A stretch of 64,000 bases of DNA from Desulfatiglandales bacterium (GTDB taxonomy: Bacteria > Desulfobacterota > DSM-4660 > Desulfatiglandales > Desulfatiglandaceae). Shown piece by piece: positions 57,301 to 64,000 of the stretch. Within the stretch, counting starts at the first letter, position 1; each line of letters begins with the position of its first letter. The stretch covers positions 4,096,001 through 4,160,000 of the forward strand of contig OY759599.1 in the NCBI GenBank assembly GCA_963662465.1, given 5' to 3'. The notes under the pieces were generated by a model. The model worked only from the letters and a program-made list of their open reading frames with translations, was not told where the DNA came from and did not search any database. The position numbers and the translations under genes were made by a program.

Positions 57301-58333
57301 ACCGCTGTACGCACATCTGGCGGAGATCAAAAAAGCCGGTGAGCGTTCAGCCAACCTGACCCGTCAGCTCCTGGCGTTTGCCCGCAAACAGACCGTTTCC
57401 CCCAGGGTGCTCGATTTTAACAAGACCGTGGCAGATATGATCAGTATGTTGAAACGCCTCATCGGGGAGGATATCGACCTGGCATGGATACCGGGCCAGG
57501 AAGTCTGGCCGGTGAAGATGGACCCCGGTCAAATCGACCAGATCCTCGCCAACCTTTGCGTCAACGCCCGGGACGCCATTGCGGATGTGGGCAAAGTGAC
57601 CATCGAAACCGGCAACGCTGACCTCGATATGGAGTACTGCGCCGATCATCCGGGATTTTTGCCGGGTGAATATGTGTTCCTGACCGTCAGCGACGACGGC
57701 TGTGGCATGGATACCGAGACCCTGGACAAAATCTTTGAACCTTTTTTCACCACAAAGGAAATCGGAAGGGGGACGGGTCTGGGATTGGCCACGGTATACG
57801 GAGTGACCAGGCAAAACAATGGCTTTGTTAATGTGTACAGCGAACCGGGCCAGGGGACGACCTTCAAAATTTACGTTCCGCGGCACCGGACCAAGGGGAA
57901 CTTCTTGAAGGCGGAAGTAACTCTGAAATCAGCCGGTCGCGGCCACGAGAAGATCCTCCTGGTGGAAGACGAGCCGGCGATCCTGGCAATGACGAAAATG
58001 ATACTCGAAAGGTTTGGCTATCAGGTGCTGGCTGCCGAGACACCGGGGGACGCCATTCGCCTTGCCCGGGAAAATGTCGGTGAGATCCACCTGCTCATGA
58101 CCGACGTGGTCATGCCTGAAATGAACGGACGGGACCTGGCCGGGAACATCCTCTCAATTTATCCAAATCTCAAGCGCCTGTTCATGTCCGGTTACACCGC
58201 CAATGTGATTGCCCATCACGGTGTTTTGGACGAAGGCGTAAATTTCATCCAGAAACCGTTCTCAAGGCAAGAGCTTGGTGCCAAGATACGGGAAGTATTG
58301 GATAAGGATAATATGGCAGGGAACTGTGCTTAA
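54320..58333 (+). CDS. Hybrid sensor histidine kinase: PocR ligand-binding domain, multiple PAS/PAC, HisKA, HATPase, REC
   Basis: C..FHR....C..SD, YRCPHGL.D...PI (PocR); GRLAGGVAHDFNN, NLCVNARDA, GTGLGL, ILLVEDE, DVVMPEMNG. Confidence 0.93.
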   Translation: MEYRLQDLIDMEHFQNLQDRLNKIYAFPSSIVDNDGNILTATAWQDLCAKFHRKNKESEQHCIKSDQYILSHLNEANLAVSYRCPHGLVDNATPIVIDGIHYGNFFTGQFFLEAPDMDFFRTQAEKYGFDEAAYLEAVRKVPIWTQEQLDNYLSFIEGLIAVISESGLKKLKEIETRKKIEETDKRHRSILKTAMDGYWLTDVSGRLLEVNDAYCKMSGYSEEELLAMRIPDLEIVETSELVAEHMQKVILKGSDRFESRHRRKNGTIFEVEISIQFRPEEGGQCVCFLRDITDLKEADRSLRVSEERYRTLFKNMAQGVFYQRADGFLLDYNNAALEMFGLTSDQFMGKTSLDPQWKVIEEDGTALPGDKHPSMVALQTGKPVRDVTVGVYNIRLKTYRWLLVNAIPQFHNVGEKPYQVFVTLQDITDRLAAERAVQISETRLKKAQAMAKVGNWEYDIYTGKIWGSEEAFRIYGIERTSDFLPLHEVESHIIDAKRVNQALADLINQNHTYDIEFHINPKTGKGLTHIHSMADLVCDGDGKPVKVVGVIQDISDYRRMEAKKRQSEETYRNLLNNLNAGVVVHAPDTSIMIANQSACRILGLSEDQIIGKEAIEPNWKFLRDDGSDMPLDEYPVNYVLSTQKTLHNQIVGVVRPSIGDISWVLVNGFPVLNDTGEIEQVIINFVEITEIKQAQQSVIMANKKMRLAADSAHFGVWDLNIKENRLEWDDWMFRLYGIIREDFSGTYKAWQAGIHPDDLARSSQEVAQALSGEKEFNTEFRIVRPDGEVRHIKAHATVSRDRQGDPVHMTGINYDITRQKKSELDLKDSEARFKALHNASFGGIAIHDKGLILECNKGLSEITGYEYSELIGMNGLYLISDDTRETVMRNIKAGYEKPYEVEGVRKNGELYPLRLGARNIPYKGKDVRVVEFRDITENKRAEKERARLEASLRQAQKMEAVGRLAGGVAHDFNNMLSLIIGHVEMAQDQVDPAQPLYAHLAEIKKAGERSANLTRQLLAFARKQTVSPRVLDFNKTVADMISMLKRLIGEDIDLAWIPGQEVWPVKMDPGQIDQILANLCVNARDAIADVGKVTIETGNADLDMEYCADHPGFLPGEYVFLTVSDDGCGMDTETLDKIFEPFFTTKEIGRGTGLGLATVYGVTRQNNGFVNVYSEPGQGTTFKIYVPRHRTKGNFLKAEVTLKSAGRGHEKILLVEDEPAILAMTKMILERFGYQVLAAETPGDAIRLARENVGEIHLLMTDVVMPEMNGRDLAGNILSIYPNLKRLFMSGYTANVIAHHGVLDEGVNFIQKPFSRQELGAKIREVLDKDNMAGNCA

Positions 58334-58656
58334 GCACCCTATCCCTAACACTGTCCACTTTAAGAGGCTCAAGGATACGGAGATGTGAAATGAGATTAAG
58401 AAAGAACAGAATGGTTCCTGTATCCCATGCCTTTGGTCATCATTCATACAGGCTTTATTAAACGGAAAAGCAGAAAAGAAATTATTTTCAATGGGGATCT
58501 CAGAGCATTGACAGAATATAATATTGGAGTTGGGAAGGGATATTCGACCAATGATGTGTTTGACAAGGCCCGAACAAGAATAAATCTTCGGCGGAAAGCC
58601 GGAAAATTTAATAGCACTTCGGCTTGCCGCATTAATCCAGGTATGAATTTTTTCCC

Positions 58657-60126
58657 ATGAAAAAACGCCATCTTTCCTCATTCATCCTTTGCTACCTGAT
58701 ACTTGCTGTTTTTATTCTGTTTCTATTATCAGCTGCGGCCGCGGCAGACAGAGATGTTTCTTTAAGCCGGAATAGCGCCCTGGAAAGCAGAACAGGCCAA
58801 TATCTTGAACAGATAGAGACTCGTCTTAAAAAAAGACTTAAAAACAATAAGCCGGAATTTTCGGATTCCCTTCGTAAGCGCTTTATCAATTTTTCCATGC
58901 TTGGACCAATGGCAAACATGAGCAGTTGGACACTTGAAAAACTGGGTGACAGCAAGACGGCCCGTACCTGTCTGTTCTTTGTTATGCCGGTGGTCCGCTG
59001 GATGAGTGAACCTTTTCTTTTTCCTGTTGAGACCCAGGGAACGTCTGAAGAAACACAGCAGGAATTCCAGAGACTTTTCAGGTTTATCGCTAATCTTCAT
59101 AACCAGGGTTTTTCCGTTTCGCTTGATAATGTTGGCGATGCTTCCCTTTCTCTTAAAGACGCAATCGCATATCAGGAATATTATCGGTCTCTTATTATGC
59201 AGTTTGCAAAGGCTGAAGAAATAAATGAGCTATGTATGTCTCTCAAGCTCTCGGCCCTGGTATACGACCTTGATGCGGCTGTGGGCACTGACGGAGACGC
59301 CATTGCCAAACAGAAGGAAATCAAAAAAGCCATTGTAGAAATGCTCCGGGCTGCCGCTAAGGTTCAAGACAGGCGTGTATTTATCAGAATTGATATGGAA
59401 GAATACCTGTACAAGGCGCTGACCTTGAAACTGTTCAGGGAAATTGTAGAACAAAATAAAAGCCTTGCCGTGGATAACAACGGCCGTGTGCGTCTGGGCG
59501 TGGTGATTCAGGCATATCTCAGGGACGCAGCGCAAGATGTACGAAACCTTGGCGTATGGGCCGCCGGCCAGGGCTTTCGGGTTCCCATCAGGCTTGTCAA
59601 AGGAGCCTATCTCCAACATGAAAGAGAACTGGCCGAAAAAAAAGGAATAAAATGCCCTGTATGGGATCATAAACCTTCAACTGACGCGAATTATGAAGCC
59701 ATATGCGACTTCATGCTTCAGAATCGAGATGTGATAGAATCGGCCTTTGCTACCCACAACATTCGTTCCCAGGCTCATGTCATGGCGATTGCGGACCTGC
59801 ATCATATTGATAAGTCCTCCTTTGAGTTCCAGATGCTATACGGTATGGGAGATACAATAAAAGATGTTATCGCGGCTATGGGTTATCCGATGCGTGCGTA
59901 TATACCTTCCGGTTCACTGTCCCGGGGCTTGAAGTACGCGGGACGACGTTTTTGTGAGTTGGCAAGCAGTGATAACGCTCTGGCTCGGACAATGCGGGGT
60001 GACTTTAGTGTGATAGATGATACACCCGGTTTTCAAGGAATAAAAGACCGGAAAGACGGTCGAAAGGTAATGGCCCTGATAAGTGAAATTATCTCAGGCG
60101 CAGGCAGCAATCCAAGACAGCAATAA
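58657..60126 (+). CDS. Proline dehydrogenase family flavoprotein with N-terminal signal/TM segment
   Basis: SLKLSAL, RIDMEE, GVVIQAYLR, IRLVKGAY, FATHN, FEFQMLYGM, RR..E. Confidence 0.85.
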   Translation: MKKRHLSSFILCYLILAVFILFLLSAAAAADRDVSLSRNSALESRTGQYLEQIETRLKKRLKNNKPEFSDSLRKRFINFSMLGPMANMSSWTLEKLGDSKTARTCLFFVMPVVRWMSEPFLFPVETQGTSEETQQEFQRLFRFIANLHNQGFSVSLDNVGDASLSLKDAIAYQEYYRSLIMQFAKAEEINELCMSLKLSALVYDLDAAVGTDGDAIAKQKEIKKAIVEMLRAAAKVQDRRVFIRIDMEEYLYKALTLKLFREIVEQNKSLAVDNNGRVRLGVVIQAYLRDAAQDVRNLGVWAAGQGFRVPIRLVKGAYLQHERELAEKKGIKCPVWDHKPSTDANYEAICDFMLQNRDVIESAFATHNIRSQAHVMAIADLHHIDKSSFEFQMLYGMGDTIKDVIAAMGYPMRAYIPSGSLSRGLKYAGRRFCELASSDNALARTMRGDFSVIDDTPGFQGIKDRKDGRKVMALISEIISGAGSNPRQQ

Positions 60127-60275
60127 AGGATTTTCAGGCCAATGCTGTTCAACCATGGTCAAGAATCATGGGCTTTCGAGCGTGGGCATACCGTTTAGAA
60201 CTTCAACCAGCCGTTCAAGTCGAACATTTTCTAGACCAAAAATTGCAGCCAACATCATTTTCCCGTGAAGTCATC

Positions 60276-60317
60276 ATCTGATTACGGGCAATTTTTGGTC
60301 CAGAAAATATCGCTTAA
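60276..60317 (+). repeat. 42-bp intergenic direct repeat (first copy 21761-21802)
   Basis: ATCTGATTACGGGCAATTTTTGGTCCAGAAAATAT.GCTTAA, 1 mismatch. Confidence 0.85.
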
Positions 60318-60406
60318 GTAAACATCGGCAGCGGAGTCTACTTCTATCAAAAGATATTAGCTCTCAAATCATGACTTTTATATCGGACAAGAATTGAGGA
60401 ATGCTC

Positions 60407-60985
60407 ATGAATGAGGTTTTCGCTGATACTTCCGGTTGGGCCAATTATTTTGTCCGAACTGAGCCGTTTCATCAAGATGCCAAGGGGTTGATGCAGCAAT
60501 GGTATAAAGATCAAACCCGTGTCATCACAACAAATTATATCCTTTCGGTTCGACCTTGTGCTGATGATTATGTGTGATTTCTGCGCCCTCAGCCCAGCAC
60601 AAAGAAATGTGCTGCGCAAATTCCGTAAGATTCTGAAACCGAGAGGTTCGGTCCTTCTTGATGTGTACTCCCTATCGGCATTCGAACAAAGGGAAGAAGT
60701 CGCGACTTATGAAATGAATCAACTCAACGGCTTTTGGTCACCGAACAAGTATTATGACTTTCTAAATACCTTCAAATACGATAAAGAGAAGGTAATAGTG
60801 GACAAGTACACAATTATCGAGTCTGAACGAACCAGACAGGTGTATAACTGGTTACGTTACAGCATTTTGCGCCCGAGGATCTCGAGAGGGAGTTTATAGA
60901 GGCTGGTTTTTCCGTTAAGGGGTTTTATTCCGATGTTGCGGGAACCCCATATGATCGAAAATCGAGCGAATTTGCAGTCATCGCC
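60407..60985 (+). pseudogene. Mosaic remnant: PIN-domain 5' fragment joined to a class I SAM methyltransferase 3' fragment
   Basis: MNEVFADTSGW...FH..A..ITTNYIL; FDLVLMIMCDFCALS...LKP.GS.LLDV. Confidence 0.55.
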
Positions 60986-61079
60986 CTGTTTGGCCATAGT
61001 CATCGGGTTATGGTAATTACGTAATCAGGGTAATCTACGGAAGGGCAGGATCTGATATGCAGAACAAAGAATTTTGGTA

Positions 61080-61327
61080 ACCGTTCACGGTTTACGGTTG
61101 ACGGTTTACGGTTGACGGTTTACGGTTGAAAACAGAGGATAACGGAAGATTATGCGGTCCTTTTGTGAAGATTTAAAAAATTGCGGTTATCAATCCCAAC
61201 ATAATTCCACATCCTTCATTAAAATTGAAAAAACCATTCATCAAGAAAGTGTAAATCTGTATGAAGGAAACCCATAATTCATTGAAAAACCGTGAACCGG
61301 CAACTGTAAACCAGCAACCGTGAACGT
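61080..61327. repeat. Heptamer tandem array ACGGTT(T/G) with an inverted degenerate partner array
   Basis: About six ACGGTT(T/G) units at 61087-61128; AACCGTG/AACCGGC/AACTGTA-type units at ~61288-61327. Confidence 0.75.
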
Positions 61328-61451
61328 TAATGGCAATAAAAACCCCAGATCTTGTGGGTCTTGATATTTTCCTTATCCATAAAACCCAACAGGGTGCATC
61401 CGTTCGGGAAGGGGTATGGACGGGGATTGACGATATCATTAAATTTGGAGA

Positions 61452-61898
61452 ATGGGTATGTTGATAAAAACAAGGGGAATTCTTGTCGGTTTGATCATTT
61501 TGTTGGCTTTTCCATCAATGGTGCCGGGACAGGCGGTCTTTTTGGCCAGAAAAGCGCTGGGCCTTGTCTCTCGCATTACCGACCAGTTCCATGGACACGA
61601 TACGGCTTCGGTTCTCCTGGAGGCTGATGCGAATCGGGTTTTCACGGTAGCGGAAAGGATCATCCGCGAAAACCCCGCAAATGAGATCATTGCAATCGAA
61701 AAAACATCACGCACTATTTCTTTTAAACACAACGGTTTCGCCATTACCCTAAAGGTGGCATGCCTTCAGGAAGATCTTGCCCGGATTCTGGTTGTTTCCT
61801 CGGGGAATAACGGGAGCCGGGACACGGATTATGCCGTGAACGGCATTTTGCGGGTTTGCAAAGAGCTCGGAGCACACTGCCGGCTCTCGAATGAATGA
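61452..61898 (+). CDS. Exported hypothetical protein
   Basis: GGAG RBS, hydrophobic signal segment, C-terminal C..LG..C. Confidence 0.6.
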   Translation: MGMLIKTRGILVGLIILLAFPSMVPGQAVFLARKALGLVSRITDQFHGHDTASVLLEADANRVFTVAERIIRENPANEIIAIEKTSRTISFKHNGFAITLKVACLQEDLARILVVSSGNNGSRDTDYAVNGILRVCKELGAHCRLSNE

Positions 61899-61935
61899 TC
61901 GAAGAAGAATATGTCTTATTCATGGAGGACACTGC

Positions 61936-63493
61936 AATGCAGCAGCAACTTAGTAAAACAACAGCTTGGCGGGGAATGACGCGGCGTCAAATGTTGAAGG
62001 CATCGGGGCTGGGACTGGGCGGACTGGCGCTCGGCCGATTCGCCGTCGGATGCAGCGGAGGCTCGTCCGCAACAGCGCAGCAGGTCTGCCCGGACAACGC
62101 CTGTGGATACCCCAACGGGATTCCCACCGCTGCCTACGAGTATGCCGCGGATTTGATTAAAACGGGCGCCATATTTACGCCCGATATGCAAAAAGATCTG
62201 GGTTCCGATGAGATGCGAATCACGTTTTTGGGCTCAGCCTTTCCACCCACCCGCAGGGCCCAGGAAATGATGAGCATTTTCGTGGAAATCGGCCCCTGGG
62301 TCGAAAACGACGGCGGCGGGTTCGGACATGCCACGGACTCGTTTGTTTTCGATATTGGTCCGGGCTCCATCACCAACTACAATGCACTGGGGATCAGCCC
62401 GAGCAGAATGAACAAGGTCTTCATTTCACACCTTCATGGGGACCACATGGGCGATTTGCCTTCCCTGTACTGCTTCGGGCCTTCGGTCGATCGCAAGTTT
62501 CCGCTGTATGTCTTCTCCCACGGCAACTCGGAAGTCCCCAACCCGACCGCTTCCCCCGAATACTATGACGATGGGGTGATCGCGTTTTGTCGGCATTTCC
62601 GGGAAGCGATGCGCTGGCACAGCGAAAGCTTCAGCTTTCTTCCGACGGCCTGGGCCGGCTACCCCGTTCCCTCCCAAACCGACTGGGGCCTGCCCCATGA
62701 ACCCATCCCCGTCGGGGATGATCCGGCCAACGACGGCTACGCCCTGGTGCCCATTGAACTTCCCTGGCGGACAGTCGGGGGCGTTGCCTATGATAATCCC
62801 ACAACCAAAGTCAAAATCACCCATTTCCCGGTCATACACGCCCGCCAGGGCGCCGTCGGGTTCAAACTGGAGTGGAACGGCCTTACGATGATCTATACCA
62901 GTGATACAAGGCCGGAAACCAATTGTATCGCTCAAGCGAAAAATCCCGATCCAGACACCGGAATTCCGCGGGGAGTGGACGTGTTCATTCATGAGATGAT
63001 CATGCCTCCCGAGGTAATGGCCATGAAAAATCTGGGCTTGCCCTATCCGCCACCCCCCGGAACCAATCCGATTTTCGACCAGGCCTTGAAGGCAGCCTCA
63101 GATATCGAAGAGAGTTCCCATACGCCACAGGGCGCTTTCGGTTACCTGCTGACCCGGATCGATCCAAAACCAAAGCTCTCTGTTCTGGCCCATTTTCCCG
63201 TTGCCGACGATACCGTGGAATGTGCCCTCCAGAGTGTGAAAAACCACTTTCCCATGGTTGACTATCCTGTCTTGGGAACAGATATTATCTGGGCCACCGA
63301 TCTTATGGTGCTTCGGGTCAAGAAGTCCGGCATTACGCAATTGATGGGGCAAGTTTCCGATTACACGTTCCAGCCGTCCCAGAATTTCTATTCCCCCTTG
63401 AATCCCGCGAAATACGCGACGCCGATCGCGCAGCTGGATGAATCGACACTCATAAAATCCGGGGATAATACCTATTGTGGCAACGGGTATTGA
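61936..63493 (+). CDS. Tat-exported MBL-fold metallo-hydrolase (RNase Z/AtsA-like), probable lipoprotein
   Basis: GGAGG RBS; TRRQMLK Tat motif, AVGC lipobox, MRITFLGS, SHLHGDH, YTSDT, VFIHE, SHT, LAH. Confidence 0.85.
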
Positions 63494-63517
63494 CATTTTT
63501 CAGGATGGGTCAGGATC

Positions 63518-64000
63518 ATGAGCGAAGTCAGTCTCGATAACCACTCCGGCGTCATCTTTTTCGTTTGTCTGTTTTACGGCATTCATATGGTGGAAGAGTT
63601 TTCTTTCGGCTTTGTTCCATGGGCGGATCGATATTTCGGACGCTTCGACTGGAAGCAAAATCTGATCGGAAACTTCATCTATCTCGTCTGCGTGGCCGCC
63701 GCCTGCTATTTGTATTATATAGACCCGGCAAAGTATCTGTGGGTTGGAATGTCCGCGGTCATGTGGATCCTTTCCAACGCATTCCTGCATATTTCGAGTA
63801 CAATCCTGGGTCGTGAATATTCTCCGGGTGTAGTGACAGCCACATTGCTGTACCTACCAGGTGGGGTCTACTTTCTAACAAAATGGGCCGGGGATGGGCT
63901 AATGACTTGTAAGAACGTTGCCTTGTCATTCGGAATCGGAGGCATGATTTTCATGCTCATCCCCACATTTGTAAGGGCTCTACATTATCGTGCCCGGCTC
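63518..64000 (+). CDS. HXXEE domain membrane protein (3' end outside window)
   Basis: Open frame from ATG 63518: HMVEE, NAFLHI, YSPGVVTA.LLYLP. Confidence 0.8.
   Translation, partial: MSEVSLDNHSGVIFFVCLFYGIHMVEEFSFGFVPWADRYFGRFDWKQNLIGNFIYLVCVAAACYLYYIDPAKYLWVGMSAVMWILSNAFLHISSTILGREYSPGVVTATLLYLPGGVYFLTKWAGDGLMTCKNVALSFGIGGMIFMLIPTFVRALHYRARL

Noticed and set aside
61080..61130. CRISPR array
   Set aside because: 7-bp tandem units with no spacers; no cas genes in the window

Overview
Bacterial DNA, most consistent with an anaerobic deltaproteobacterium (Desulfobacterota-like; this is inferred from gene content only). The first ~21.4 kb is a rearranged trace-metal acquisition island. It holds a Ni/Co ECF operon (DUF4198-porin-cbiM-broken cbiL-cbiQ-cbiO), one decayed and one intact TonB-dependent receptor, an apparently exported tandem tetrapyrrole-methyltransferase-fold protein, DUF4198/CbiL-like proteins, duplicated APC permeases and two tandem nicotianamine-synthase-like genes with no CntM partner. 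This is a candidate undescribed metallophore system. Three of its operons share an unannotated leader (A[AC]GAA-loop hairpin overlapping an intrinsic terminator). The island carries a complete DUF4338-fused ISAs1 element (10-bp TSD, -1 frameshift site), a 104-bp MITE with matching ends, and a lutABC cassette that replaced part of a second cbi operon. The rest of the window contains vapBC and several decayed TA genes, a yedE/yedF selenium/sulfur-type operon, a TolB-like/TPR protein, an Rpn-like gene with a probable internal start, NUDIX-dcm-DUF4928-vsr, LPS/lipid A modification genes, SPFH/zinc-ribbon genes, ytfJ, trmO, a GAF-ANTAR regulator, three copies of a Y1/RAYT-like HUH transposase element with 25-bp terminal inverted repeats, rhuM, a PocR-PAS hybrid kinase, a signal-peptide-bearing proline dehydrogenase and a Tat-exported MBL hydrolase. 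No rRNA, tRNA or CRISPR array was recognised. All family assignments come from motif recognition, not from database searches.
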